Below, one piece after another: positions 30,260 to 46,776 of a DNA stretch of 64,000 nt. The position numbers were made by a program, and so were the translations under genes. The notes below the pieces were generated by a model. That model searched no databases, was not told where the DNA came from, and saw only the letters and a program-made list of their open reading frames with translations. Numbering within the stretch: position 1 is the first letter of the stretch; each line of letters opens with the position of its first letter. Source of the DNA: Eledone cirrhosa (taxonomy: Eukaryota); NCBI GenBank assembly GCA_964016885.1, contig OZ024744.1, forward strand, positions 84,940,001 through 85,004,000, read 5' to 3'.

Positions 30260-30440
30260 CTATACTCCAGTCTGAGCGGTACCTCAGTCGTGCCCCAAGG
30301 AGAAAACATGGCAAAGACATTACTGCGGAGCATGACCAGAGATACCCGCTGCGTCAGCCACTCCATCTCACGGGGTTCCCTCTTCAAGCTGGCCACCGTC
30401 TTTTGGATTTTACATATAGATAACTGAGTTTTCTCCACTC
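30260..30440 (-). pseudogene. CRE-like LINE C-terminal fragment
   Basis: REMEWLTQRVSLVMLRSNV resembles the WL.QRIS.A.QRGNA motif. Confidence 0.5.
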
Positions 30441-31005
30441 TTTTGTAATTCCATATTCAATAGATTTGTTTGATGGTGGTGGTGGTGGTGTCATGGTGGT
30501 CTGGGGGGTGGGGGAGAGTAAAAATTATGTTTTATTACAAGGGGTGGTGGTCTATCAATTAAAAAAGCTTGAGAAGCCCAGATCTAGTATTTCGATAACT
30601 TGACGCGGTGGCCGTATGCCCACCCCCTTTTTTTTTTTTAGCTGGAAGGGAGCAACAGGAAGGGAGCAACAGATGAAGGTTATCAGATGTCATTGCTATA
30701 CTAGTTAAAATACTCTAATAAATTCAGAGACACAAACAAGCAAGTGCACACTTGCACAAGCACACACGCACTCACGCATACACACACGCGGACAAAAAGA
30801 CACACATACATACACACACAAACACATATATATATATAGATATATATAGATAGGATAACTGTCATCTCGGCGTGAATATTTTACATACTTATAAAAAAAA
30901 TATGTTGTATTAAGGACACTTCAAGTCAATTCTGTAGCAGTCGAGTCGTAGCCATCTCGTGTATGGATGAAACATTGCATAAGTATGTAGGCGTTCTTTG
31001 ATTTA

Positions 31006-31183
<178 letters not shown>

Positions 31184-31289
31184 GAATGTATATATAATTT
31201 ATTTTGCAATACACTGTATGCTTAATTAAAAGCATTTCGAAGACCTTACGCTATTGTTTTAGAGTAGTGACAGTCTCACTTACTTTAAA

Positions 31290-31382
31290 TTTTCAGCAAA
31301 CAGGGGAGATAAAGCTGACAGAGCTCTGTTTCGCACTTTTTGTGGCTTATCAAAGCTAACTATTCCACCTGTTTGCTGAAAA
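31290..31382 (-). ncRNA. Hammerhead ribozyme with U3:A8 core (family J)
   Basis: agct TTGATAA gccac-aaaaa-gtgc GAAA cag-agct-ctg TC agct; distal stem ttttcagcaaacagg/cctgtttgctgaaaa; inside monomer 31185-31490. Confidence 0.8.
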
Positions 31383-31505
31383 TCATGAATGTTTGATTCT
31401 TATAGAATTCTAGTAATGATCAGGAACTGATTATACAGAGCGGTTGCCGGTCAGAAATTGAAAATTAGAATTGATGCTCTGAAATAGCGATATATATATA
31501 TATCG

Positions 31506-31603
<98 letters not shown>

Positions 31604-31664
31604 TCACACACACACACACAAACATATATATATATATATATACATTCACACACACACACACACG

Positions 31665-31722
<58 letters not shown>

Positions 31723-33536
31723 TATCTGACTCTTCAGGCAGTCTGCCAATATGCAAATCAGGCCGATCAGTCACAGTATATTCAAGAAAATAAGAAAATA
31801 TTATATTTTCACCATATATATAAAACTGATGTCTGTCTGTCTGTGTAACCGCATGTATTTCTACATTTTACAACCGATTTGCAGAAAATTTCCTACATAG
31901 GTTTCTGAAGTCCTATTACGCGTCGTAGGGTATTTTATTTTCCCGTACATCCTCTGTGGGGGCCTCCAGGGGCAGATAACCCCCTTAAGCCTCTCGCTTG
32001 GAGTCAGCAGTACTACTGCATAAAGGCCCCATCATTCCTGTAGTTTGCCTCCCATCTTCACCAAAATTAATCTTTTGTTTGCTTATAGCCTACAAATAAA
32101 TTTACAGGCATGCACTTGCGCTGAAATTCAGGTAGGGGGACCCCTTGCGAGGCAGTAAACCGACTTGATGAATGTTGAAGTTGATATCATCAATGCAACA
32201 AAACATCATAACTGCTTGAGTTGGTGTTCGGTTTTCACGAAGCGAGACGCATTGGTTACCCATGGCTTATAAAGGAAGGTGAACACATGAACTTTTACTT
32301 GAACTTATCACGGGGGCGCCCGGGCAGTAAGCCCCTTCGACTTATCTATTGAAGTTTCCATTAACACTGTATTAGTAGTACCTTATAACTTTTGAAGTTT
32401 ACGTTCGATTTTAACTTTACCGGGCACATTGGTTACCCATTGCCTAAAGATGATGTTGAAGACACTGTCTATACCCGGAACAAGCAAGGGGACCCCCCAG
32501 GAGGCAGTAATTCCCGGGAGTCATTTATTGAATTTGGCTATTGTAATGCAGCAAAGCGTCATAGCTTCGATAATTGGTAATCCAATAAAATGAATTTCGA
32601 CTTAGTTGTTATTCATTTACTACAGATGAAGATACAGTGAGGCACATTTACTTTCGTTTCAATTCAGCAAGAGGACCCCCTCGGGGACAAAGAGCCCAAT
32701 TCATTAACCTATAAAAGTTCAAACTGCCACAATAAAAAAGCACCATAACTTCGGGAGTTTATACTTGATTCTTACAAAAACTAAACGAAATGGTTATTGC
32801 CTGCCATAAGATAAAGCACCACACATTCGTTATCACTTGAATTTTGCAAGGTAACCTCCTAGGGAGGGCAGTGAGCCCCTTTGGACCACTTTTAATGTTC
32901 ATATTAGGGTCGCAGCAAAGCATTTCAACTTCTGGAAATAGAAGTCAATTTAAACGAAAGTTGTGTTCAGTAGATTTCATCACACTTTCAGACAACTCGA
33001 GTGTTGTTCATTGAGCGAAATCACTCCTATTTATATCGGTCAAGTCCGACCTAGGATCACACTTCTTTTTGGGCTTTTGACAAGTGGTAGGATTTTTTAC
33101 ATGCGTACTCTCATAAGCTACCCCATGTTTCTGAAATGCATGCTTCTTCAGCATTTGTCATCTTAAAGGAGGTTTAGTTAATGTGTTTATGGTCATAAGG
33201 TTCCAGTTTATCATACTGTGATATGTTTCAGCCATTTTTGCCTTTCATTGGTTAGTACTTACTTATTGCTATGAACAAACATACTGACACTTATATACCT
33301 ACCACTGTAGCCACACTATTTAATTTCCTTTATCACAGGTAGTATGTACGCTGCGTTGCCCCTAACTTAAAACCTGAAATTTGACTGGTACACAAAATCT
33401 TGCAAAACATACCCACTTTCTCAAACCACATAGATTTATCATATTTTTTCACAATTTATACCCGTGTTTAGATTTGCTTACTTAAACGTTATTTGTCCAC
33501 TATTTATCGTTCTCCCTGGTTAATCTTATAAAAACA

Positions 33537-36500
33537 ATGCCCCCCAAGAAAGGAACTTTCATTGGTTGATTATCTAATGATGCAAGTAGGTCTAAGCGAA
33601 GGCGTCTCACCGAAGATGTAAATGCGACTGCGATCAAGCTCTCACAGAATGCTGTGCAGACGGCAGCTGCAGGAGCCGAGGAGGATGACAGTCGGCATGA
33701 ACTTCGACAGAACAAAGATGCTGCCGCGACTGTTGCTGCTCGCACTCGAGAAGATGAATGACGACGTGCCGTTCGACGAAGCAGGAACGCCACTGCAACA
33801 TTCACTGCTCGCGCTCGAAAGGATGAAGGACGACGCGCCGTTCGACGAAATAGGGACGCCACTGCAACAGCCGCTGCTCGTGCGCGAGAGGATGAAGGAC
33901 GATGCACCGTTCGACGAAGCAGGGATGCCACTGCAACAGCCGCTGCTCGCGCTCAAGAGGATGAAGGACGACGTGCCATTCGACGAAGCAGGGATGCTGC
34001 CGCATCAGCTGTTGCTGGCGCTCACGAGGGTGAAAGGCGACTCGCCGTTCGACGAAATAGGGACACCACTGCAACAGCCGCTGCTCATGCGCGAGAGGAT
34101 GAAGGACGACGCGCCGTTCGACGAGGCAGGAACGCCACTGCAACAGCCACCGCTCGCGCGCGAGAGGGTGAAGGGCGACGCGCCGTTCGACGAAGCAGGG
34201 ACGCCACTGCAATAGCTGCTGCTCGCGCTCAAGAGGTTGAATGATGACGCCCCGTTCGACGAAGCAGGGACGCCGCTGCCACTGCTGCTGCACGAAATAC
34301 TGAAACCATAGAGCAAATACGTGGCCGGCCGATTTCTGCAAAGTGAACAGCGGCGATCATCGTTACGTGGCATTTCTAGGACTTGCAATTCACGATGGTT
34401 GTTGAAGGCCTTTAACTACGACCCCTCCTCCGACTACGCCGTCCATGCAGATATTCAAATTGGGGAAATGACCTCTACTTGCCAGTTTTGTCGTACGAAA
34501 ATTTGGCCGGGGGAGAGAGATGGAATGTGCTGTTCAAACGGTAAAGTTAGACTACCTCCTATTCACGAACCTCCAGAGTCATTGCAACTCCTTTTGGCAG
34601 ACACGACGGAGGAATCATCGAAGTTTCTGCGTAATATCCGCTGCTACAATTCCGCGTTTCAGATGACATCCTTCGGAGCAAAGCTTGCCTCGGAACGTGG
34701 GTTCATGCCAACTTTCAAGGTCCAGGGGCAGATCTACCACTTGATTGGGTCTATTCAGGCTCTGGCAAAAAGGATCCTCAATTTCTTCAGTTATACTTCG
34801 TTGGAAACTATCAGGAGCAGGCAGAGATGAGAAACTCTATTTCATCCGAAACTAACATTGAAACCATAATAAAACTTTAAGAAATGCTTCATGACAAAAT
34901 CAGCTATGTTCGTAGTTTCAACTACGCTCTGGAAACAGCCACCGACCCAAACTTTAGTGTGGTCATACATGCTGACCGAAGGCTATCTGGAGAACACGCT
35001 GGTCGTTTCAACGCACCAACATGTAATGAGATTGCTGCGGTTATTTGTGGTGAACAGCACAACAAGAGAGATATCATTCTAAAGCACCAAGACAGCACAT
35101 TACAGCGTATCAATGAGACACACAGGTCCTACGATGCACTCCAGTATCCATTGCTATTTGTCAACGGAGAGGACGGATACCATTTCAGCATTCCTCAACA
35201 TTCAGTAGGCAATGGTGAGGCACATCTTAGCAAAACTGTCACCTGCATGGCTTTCTACGTTTTCCGATTTATGGTAAGGGAAAGTTCATTCAACTATCTA
35301 CACCGTTCTCGGGACCTTTTCCAACAATTTGCAGTTGTTATGGCCGTTAAAATGGAGTCCGAGAGATTATGGTTAATTAAATTAAATCAAAAGAATCTTT
35401 GATCTGAATGCTACATTCATCTACGCGATGGAATTAACGACGTATCCCCAGACAATTTAGGGCAAGTGTGTATTTTGCCTTCAACGTTCACAGAGGGATC
35501 CCGATACATGCACAAGAGGAGTCAGGACGCCATGACTTATGTACGACATTATCAGCGCCCCGACCTTTTCATAATGTTTACATGCAATCCCAAGTGGAAG
35601 GAGATTACAAACGAACTGTTCCACAGTCAAGCGCCAAGGCACAAGCACGATCTCATAACAAGAGTGTTTCGCCTGAAATTATCCAAATTAATGGATTTAT
35701 TAAAGAAAGGAAAGGTTTTGGGGCCTGTCAGGTGCGACATATACACGGTTGAATGGCAGAAACGAGGGCTGCCGCATGCCCATATCTTGATTTGGTTGGT
35801 TACAAAAATCAGTTCAAACTACATCCACAAATTCATTTCTGCCGAACTACCTGATCCGTCGATTGACAAGGACTTCTTCTCTATAGTCACATCAAACATG
35901 GTCCATGGTCCTTGCGGACATGGACTCAATATGAAGTCCCCGTGCATACACGATGGAAAGTGTACAAAACGATATCCCAGGCCGTTTTTACAGGAAACAC
36001 AGACTGGCGGTGACGGATATCCGTTGTATAGGTGCAGGAGACCTTAAGACGGTGGGTTCACAGCAAAACTTGGCGAACGCGAATTCGAAGTCAGCTGGAT
36101 AGTGCCATATTGCCCCCTCCTCTTCAAAGCGTTCAACGCCCATATAAACGTCGAATTTTACAACTCAGTAACATCATTTAAATACGTTTGTAAGTACGTA
36201 AACAAGGGATTGGAGGCTGCTGTCCTTGGTCTTCGTCATGAAAACAGTAGAGACGAGGTATCTGACTAGCAAGCAGGCCGATACATTAGCAATTTTGGCT
36301 TCCCACTGCATCAATGACACCACGTCATTAAACAACATGCCGTTCACCTTGAAAACGGTCAACGGGTGTATTTCAACGATTCAACAGCTGCTCAGCTAGC
36401 GATCTCACCAAAGGAAACTACACTCACCACCTTTTTCAAACTTTGTCAACACGACGACTTCGCTCGAACTCTGCTGTATTCTGAAATACCGTCTTACTAT

Positions 36501-38503
36501 ACATGGAACCGGACAAAATGGCTACGAAGGAAGGTAGGGCAAGAGGTGGTTGGACATCCAGGCATCAAATTCGACAATTGTCTTGGGCGAGTTTATACGG
36601 TCCACCCTACCCAACACGAATGCTTCTACCTGCGACTTCTGCTTCATGAGGTAAGAGGGCCGACCAGCTTCACTCATCTGAGAACCGCCGATGGATACGC
36701 CTGCGGAACATACAGGGAAGCCTGCTTGAGGCGTGGACTTTTAGAAGATGACGCACAATGGGATGCAACCTCGACAGAAGCTGCTATCTCACAATCATCC
36801 CGTAGTCTAAGGGCACTTTTTGCTATCCTCTTGCACGTCTGTGAATTGAGCGATCCTTACTCTTTATGGCAACAATTTAAAGATGATTTCGCAGACGAAT
36901 ATAGGCATCTCGCTCAATTGCAATCTCCAAACTTAGATGAGGCTTTTCAGACGCTATATATAACAGAGCTCTGATCGATATTGAAGACAGCGTGGCTTCA
37001 ATGGGCGGAGATATCTTGGAGAAATATTGGTTTCCGCAAACACTTTGAGATGCGCCATCTGACATTCCCAACGACATTATACGTGAAACATCATATGATG
37101 TCGACGAACTCAAAAGGTATGTTGAAGAAAATGAACCAAAACTTCTAATGGATCATAAACAAGCCTACAACATTGTTGTTGATTCCATCCTTAATCGGGG
37201 AGGGGGTATATTCTTCGTGGACGCACCTGGAGGCACGGGCAAAATATTTGTAATCAAACTTTTACTCGCTGCAGTGAGGCAACACAGAAACATCGCATTA
37301 GCCGTGGCTTCTTCCGGCATTGCAGCAACTTTGCTGCCTAGTGGCAGGACGGCCCATTCTGCCTTCAGTCTTCCTCTCAACGTGGCATCATCTGAGACTC
37401 CCACGTGCAACATGAGCAAGTCTTCTGGAAAAGCACTGGTGTTAAAGCGCTGCCTACTAATTGTTTGGGACGAATGCACAAATGACCACAAGGCGGCTTT
37501 CGAGGTATTAGACCGGTTACTCAGAGAGATCAGGGACTGTCAAGAACCAATGGGAGGTGTCACTTTCCTGTTATCTGGGGACTTCCGACAGACTCTGGCT
37601 GTAATCCCAAAAGGTACGTGGGCTGATGAGGTTGGTGCATCTCTTAAGGACTCCCCACTTTGGCGTTATGTAAGAAAGCTGACACTTACAACAAACATGA
37701 GAGCACAACTGCAAGGTGATGAGACACAGCGGATTTTGCTGCTGCCATGTTGTCGTTGGGAGATGGCAAAGTCCCACTCGACGGAGATTGTGCAACGAAC
37801 CTCACAGGGATTTGCAGATGCGTTAAGTCAATTGCCGAGTAACGGACGTCTGTTTTTCCTAATCTTGAGGAGAACTACACAAATCAAGAGTGGTTGTGTG
37901 AACGCGCAATATTGGCTTCGAAACACCACATAATTGGAAACATCAATGAACAGCTCATGCTGTGCTTGCCTGGAAACCTGCACGTCTACAAGTCCCTTGA
38001 GTCTATGGCTGATCCGAACGAAGTTGTTAATTACCCCACAGAACTTCTTAACTCCCTAGACCCTCCCGGATTGCCACCACACTTACTACAACTTAAGAAA
38101 GGTGCCCCTGTCATGCTACTCAGGAATTTGGAACCCCGAAGGCTTTCCAATGGCAGCGTCTGGTCGTCTAAAAGGTGATACCTCATGTTATTGAGGCAAC
38201 AATACTTACAGGATGTGGTAAGGGGATACTGTCTTCATACCAAGGATACCTCATATTCCATCCGGTAAAGACATTCCTTTCACATTCAGAAGGCTGCAAT
38301 TCCCTCTCCGGCTCAGTTTCGCGGTGTCGATTAACAAATCACAGGGTCAGACGCTGACGGTCGTAGGGCTTAATTTAGAAGAACCGTGCTACTCCCATGG
38401 TCAACTTTATGTTGGCTGCTCTCGAGTGGGGAGCCGACATAACCTATTTGCTTTTGCAACTCGCGAGAAAACCCAAAATATAGTCTATAAGGAAGTTTTG
38501 TAG
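33537..38503 (+). pseudogene. Helitron RepHel (HUH Rep + Pif1-like helicase), multiple stops/frameshifts
   Basis: MPPKK start; C..C....WPGE..GMCCSNGKV; PDLFIMFTCNPKW; EWQKRGLPHAH; KYVCKYVNKG; DAPGGTGK; IVWDE; GDFRQ; INKSQGQT; SHGQLYV..SRV; NIVYKEVL*. Confidence 0.95.
33690..34290 (+). repeat. 60-bp coding tandem repeat (~10 copies) in the RepHel N-terminus
   Basis: gttcgacgaa recurs every 60 bp; reads EGRRAVRRSRDATATAAARARED in the RepHel frame. Confidence 0.9.
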
Positions 38504-38889
38504 GCACCCCATCCGCCAACAATTAATCGCTGTTTTTTTTTCTATATAAGTGCTTACATTTGCTGTATCCTTGTGCTATTTTTGTCCTTTCGACAATACC
38601 ACGTACACCTCTGAGGTTGCTTTTGCTATACGTTATAAATGTTCAATGTCTCCGTTTTCCGCATTTATATGTTGCTATTACGCTAGGCTATCGATGTTCC
38701 GTAGTTTTAACCTAATTAATCTACTTTTCTCTACACATTTTTTTGACATTCCAGCGTGATCTTGCCAAGGCCGTTTTTGTGGCCACCGACTGTTACATGC
38801 TTTTCTAGGTTACAATCTCAAATAACAAGCAAAGCAAATACAACACACCAAAGTGGTGTGAAGGACTTCTTAAGTGCCACCACCTCTAA

Positions 38890-39270
38890 TCGGAGGCGTC
38901 TTTGCTGACAGCTCTGCCGCTAGGACTTTTAAGAGTGAACGATCCAAGGCCCTCTTCAGGGCCACCAAGTTTAAATTGTTACCATCGGATTCATCTTTGC
39001 TGGCAGCTCCGCCGCTGAAATATTTCAAAGGGAACGTTAAAAGGTCCTCTTCAGGGCCACCAAATATGAATTGTTATCGCTGGATTCGTCTTTGCTGGCA
39101 GAACTGCCGCTGAGACTTTTAAGATTGAACGATCAAAGGCTCTCTTTAGAGCCACCAACTTTAAATTGTTACCAACGGATTCGTCTTTGCTGGCAGCACC
39201 ACCGCAAATATATTTCAAGATGAACGTTCAAAGGTCCTCTTTAGGGCCAACACCTATAAATTGTTACTTC
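38890..39270. repeat. ~95-100-bp tandem repeat (4 copies) in the Helitron 3' region
   Basis: gaacg..aagg..ctct..agggcca..aattgttac..ggattc.tctttgctggcag repeated. Confidence 0.8.
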
Positions 39271-40049
39271 TATAGTGGTGTTTAACGGAAGTCTTTCGGT
39301 TCAATCGAACGACTACTCCATTGAGAGTTATACCGGGCAACGCCGGGTACCTCTGCTAGTTATTAATATTAAAAAAACTCAGATTTACATATATATATAT
39401 ATATAATATTTAACCTACTCCAACCCCCAACCCCACCCTCCAAAAAAAGAAAACACAAGGGAAAAATATTGACCCTTTCGAATGAAAATAATATACTGTA
39501 TTTGATAGCATATATGATGGACCTTCAGGTATATAATTTCAATAGGGAATATAAGGGGAAAAATCCTTTATAGAAGTTAATATGTAATTACGGGTCAATA
39601 TCGGCCTTCACTCGCAATCGGGTATGACTTGGTAGTATGTGACATGCTTTCGTTAAGAGTTTTCGGTGCTCATACAGTCGTCAGCAGAGACAAACATCTC
39701 TCGACCTTACTTCCTTTGATCCAGTGAAGCATCAACGATGTAACACGTGGACAGGAGAGAAGACTGCACCAGCACTGCGCTGGTATTTTCTTTCATCCCG
39801 AAAGGATGAAAGGCTTTAGAGGGCTTTGGTGGGCTTTGGTGGGTTTCGGTGGGATTTGAACTCAAAACGCCGAGATCTGGAACAAATATTTAACGTTGAC
39901 TTCTTGACGGGTGAACACCTAATTTTATTGAAATATGTAGCTCAAACTTCAAATATAAGACACGGGTGATATTTTTGCAACTCTTTTTTGATAAAATAAA
40001 AAAAAATGGGTCTTACCGTATCACCGTATTTATTATTAATATTATTATC

Positions 40050-40240
40050 AGGGCGGTGGATTGGGCAGTATCGGTAGAGGGTCGGACGCCATGCTTTCCA
40101 GCATAGTTACGTCCCTTTACGGTCTTTGTTCAAATCCCGTCGAGATTAACTTTGCCTTTCATCCTTACGGGGTCGATAAAATAAAGTACCAGTAATGCAC
40201 TGGGATAATTGCTGGCCTTGTGCCAAAAGTAGAAACAATT
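40050..40240 (+). mobile_element. SINE family 1
   Basis: Full head/body; flanking duplication attattaatattatt. Confidence 0.88.
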
Positions 40241-40402
40241 ATTAATATTATTGCTTCGATAAATTCTCAAGTTGCTTCAGTTCAATCAACTGGACCTATA
40301 AATTATGTTGTACCTATAAATTCAAAGTACCAGCCATGTCACAAATACACACACACCTTGTCATGCTGAATCTCCCTGAGAAGTACAGGTTAAGGAGAAT
40401 TA

Positions 40403-40576
40403 CCGTATTTCCCAACGTCGAAGACGCTACTTATTACCTAAACGAGAAAAGAGTCTAAAAAAAAATCAACGATGCGTCCTGGAATCCGAAGGTTGTTTAT
40501 TATTTTTTTCTTCAAATTTTTGGTTGTTAAAATTAGGGTGCGTCCTTGAGGACGTCTTCGGCGCCTGGAAATACGG
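40403..40576. mobile_element. Mariner-type MITE
   Basis: TIRs ccgtatttcc..cgaagacg / cgtcttcg..ggaaatacgg with TA on both sides. Confidence 0.78.
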
Positions 40577-41526
40577 TATATATCATCAAATGCAGTACAC
40601 ACACTTAAAGCATGTGCCGCAAGGAATATTAAGAAAGGGAAAAGCGTAATTATATGTAAACATCTAATGTCATTTCGTTTCGTTATTTCTTTTGCAATCG
40701 TGTGATAAAACAATTATTGTTGTAGTTTGGAAAAGCCATGCTGCCAATCAAAACACACGCACATATGAATTGTCACTTCAGGTCTGTTTATCAGATAATT
40801 GATTAATTAACTGGTTGGTTAATCAACTAATTAATTGGCAAAGACCTTTTGTCGATAGTTATTGTCCTCTCTATGTCTCTTTCGTATAGTTGAATTAAGT
40901 GAAAACGAAGAAGATACATATTGGGCAAATGTCATTGACAGAGACGAAAGGCCTTTGATAATTAATCAAAAAGTTTATTAACCATCTGATTGATAGTTGA
41001 ATTATTCAGATAGTAATTATTTCTAACATTGGCACAAAGCCAACAATTTATGTGAAGGGAACGTAGAATATATAAGTACCAGTACTTAACTGCTACATCA
41101 TTTTTCGGAAGAACGAAAGGTAAAGTAGACCACGGCAGGATTTGAACTCAGAACCTAAAGAGCCGTAACCAAATGCTAAAAAGCATTTTCTCCGTGGTTC
41201 TAAAGATTCTGGCAATCCACCACCCCAATTAGCTATTTATTAATGGTTTCTGATGGCGACACAAGACCAACAGTTCTTGGGGAGGGGAAAGTCGATTAAA
41301 TATACGGTGCCTGCAGACACCTAAGGACGGGAACTACCCTCAAGCTATATGGATAAACCCCGGTTTAGGCCTCCCACAACGCCCCCCCCCCCCCGTAGGT
41401 CCCCTACACCCGTACCAATGACCAATGGACAACAACAACCACCCATAGTTTGTGGTCCCTATGGTGGATGGTCCACCGGATCCTCTACTGGTTAGGAGTC
41501 ATCAAAACCGCGTTTTATTGAACCTG

Positions 41527-41565
<39 letters not shown>

Positions 41566-42421
41566 TATATGTATGTATTTTATATGTGTATATATGTGTA
41601 TTTTATATATATATATGTATATATATATGTGTATATTTTATATATATATATGTATTTTATATATATATATATGTATGTATATTTTATATATATATATATT
41701 TTATATATATATATATTTTATATATGTGTGTATTTTATATATAAATATATTTTATATATATATATTTATACTTGTGCGTACATATATATATATATATATA
41801 CACACCTGTATGGATTTGTGTGTGTAGATGTGTGTGTGTCTGAGGGGGTAGGTGTGAGTGTATGTACAAGTCAACCAACATAAGCCTTTTATTTCTAAAT
41901 TTTCTAAACTATCTAAGTATTTGACTCTAACCATTATTTTAAGTATTACCACCCGACATTAATTCCTCAATTTGTATGTGTGGATGTGTGTGTGTGTGTC
42001 TGTGGAGGTGGGTGTGAGTGTATTTGCAAGCCAACCTACATAAGTCTTTTTATTTGTAAATGTTCTACTCAACCATAATTTTCAGTAGCACCACTCCACA
42101 TAAATTCCTCAATTTAAGACTGACCTCTAATATCTATTTCATACTATTAACCTTAATTGAATATATATCTGACCAGGAATGCTTTTTGTGAAAATCAGTC
42201 ACATGAAACTATTGTCATCTTGCCTGACGGTTTGAACTTTACAACACCACCTGCCTCTTTGAGGTCAAATACCAACCCTACTAGCATCTACAAACTGACC
42301 AATGAGAATTAAGACTATTCCTGCTGACAACATTAAATTATTCCTAACAAGCTCATATGTCCCAAGGCTCTGACACCATCAACACTATAAACACAGAGCT
42401 GGCATATCTAAGAACTGACTA

Positions 42422-42477
42422 ACTGCCTGATGAGGTCATAGCCACTCAATGGCTATCATTGAAATATATATAGCAGT
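42422..42477 (+). ncRNA. Type I hammerhead ribozyme, intact
   Basis: actgc CTGATGA ggtcatagcca-ctcaa-tggctatcatt GAAA tatata TA gcagt. Confidence 0.87.
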
Positions 42478-42638
42478 ATATAAAGGATTATGAGTTCATG
42501 CAATTGACTTATGTTTCGTCACTATATATATATATATATATATATACATAATGAAAAATTGAACAGGGACAGAACAGAGAGGCAGTACAATAAATGTTTA
42601 TTAAATTCACGCTCAGGAGAGTGGGGGATAGGTGGGGA

Positions 42639-42713
<75 letters not shown>

Positions 42714-42718
<5 letters not shown>

Positions 42719-42880
42719 AATGTACTCAATATCCAGGGTAGTGGAGTGGGTAATAAGAAAAGTGTCAGGACCTGGCTGAACGCCGGCCGTTTCGACATCT
42801 AGATCCGAACTCCGAACAGTTCGAATCTAGCTGTTGAAATGAACGGAGCTCAGCCGTCGGTGTCCAGACTCTTTTCCAAT
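42714..42880 (-). mobile_element. Fold-back element, family C variant
   Basis: Diverged arms around ~42811-42817; GAAA 42836-42839..agccg TC. Confidence 0.65.
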
Positions 42881-42907
42881 ATGTATATGTATATGTATAT
42901 GTATATA

Positions 42908-43028
<121 letters not shown>

Positions 43029-43371
43029 GTGAGTGTGTATACATAATAAAGTGTGTCATATATGCCATCAAATAGGTCACGCAACCTATCCAAGAGTGAG
43101 CATTGGCCAGCGTTCTCTCACCGATTTTACAGTGAAAGTAGAATAACCCAATTTTAGTCATTTTATTTGGGGAATGGATGGATACCCTTTATGATACATT
43201 TTACATGAACGAATGACTTTCATTCTTTCCTTCGAGCATTTAAAAGAAAAAATTATCTTATGTCTTTTTGCTTTTCTATAATGACTTTTCATTTTTATTT
43301 TCGCGTTATCTGTAACCTCTAGCTTATCAGCTTTGTACAAACGTATGCACACGTATACATCTAAACACGCA

Positions 43372-43417
<46 letters not shown>

Positions 43418-43491
43418 CATACAAATAGTTATACATAGACGTATTTATACGTACATACATACACGCACGCACAGACACACACACACACACA

Positions 43492-43561
<70 letters not shown>

Positions 43562-43604
43562 CATACAAATAGTTATACATAGACGTATTTATACATACAT
43601 ACAT

Positions 43605-43644
<40 letters not shown>

Positions 43645-43687
43645 TTATATATTTGTATATGCATGTATGCACACGCACACACACACA

Positions 43688-43734
<47 letters not shown>

Positions 43735-44104
43735 AAGAGCGTGAAACTAATAAACTTTTGTGTGTACTGCCTCTCTGTTTTGTTCCCGTTCCATTTTTCA
43801 CTATATATATTTATACATATATACATTCATACATACATACACACATATATATGTGTTTGTATGTATGTGTGTACGCCTGTGTATGTGTGTACGTGGCTAT
43901 AGTTCTCAACAGAACTTGACAGAGAACTACTAGAACGTTATTAACTCACTGAGAGTGCTCAACGAGAGATTACAAATTATTATAAGTGTTTCGGGGCTAC
44001 GACATAAGTCTCTATTTCAAAAGTCAAGAAATAGAACAGACCGAACAACTCTCTAATAAGCTGTATAGTTTATCTATATACGTCTGTCTATTAATCTATC
44101 AATG

Positions 44105-46220
<2,116 letters not shown>

Positions 46221-46225
46221 ATATA

Positions 46226-46398
46226 TAAGTTATTCCGGGTTGAATCGGAGGTAACCACAGTAAGTAAGGTACTCAATACATAACAGAGTATAACAGTTTT
46301 AATATAGAAGAGCTTCTACAGGACTAGAACTGTTTCATTCGTGAGAAATCATATGAAACAGTTCTAGTTCTGTAGAAGCTCTTCTATATTAAAACTTA
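46226..46398 (-). mobile_element. Fold-back family F fragment
   Basis: Arms around 46340-46352; the minus arm stops at ATGA of the HHR core. Confidence 0.75.
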
Positions 46399-46492
<94 letters not shown>

Positions 46493-46608
46493 ACACTGGA
46501 AGGTAATATAGGTAGTGGCAGAGCACTCAGTCCATGGGACGAGTTTAGTAGAAGTAATAACACAACAGTTAGTTCACCATACGGAGAACAATTGTTTCAC
46601 CTTAAACA

Positions 46609-46740
46609 GGCTTTCCTGTTGATTTCCTCCGAATGAAACGGTTCCAGTCCTGTAGAAGCCATTTCTATATTAAATATATACTCTGCTATGTATTTAGTAC
46701 CTTACTTACTGTGGTTACCCCCGATTGAACCCGGGATAAA

Positions 46741-46743
<3 letters not shown>
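46609..46743 (+). mobile_element. Family F terminal fragment with decayed HHR (CTGTTGA)
   Basis: ggctttc CTGTTGA..GAAA cgg..ctg TA gaagcc. Confidence 0.72.

Positions 46744-46776
<33 letters not shown>

Larger units (their letters stand above)
31812..39359 (+). mobile_element. Full-length Helitron (decayed)
   Basis: 3' hairpin taccgggc-aac-gccgggta then CTAG (39356-39359) followed by T; 5' ccatatatataaaac..gtctgtctgt after an A (expected TC start appears mutated); internal RepHel. Confidence 0.88.

Noticed and set aside
33622-34215. ORF-track protein RMKDDAPFDEAGTPLQQPLL repeats
   Set aside because: Alternative frame of the 60-bp repeat. The frame starting at ATG 33537 (MPPKK) is the likelier RepHel reading.
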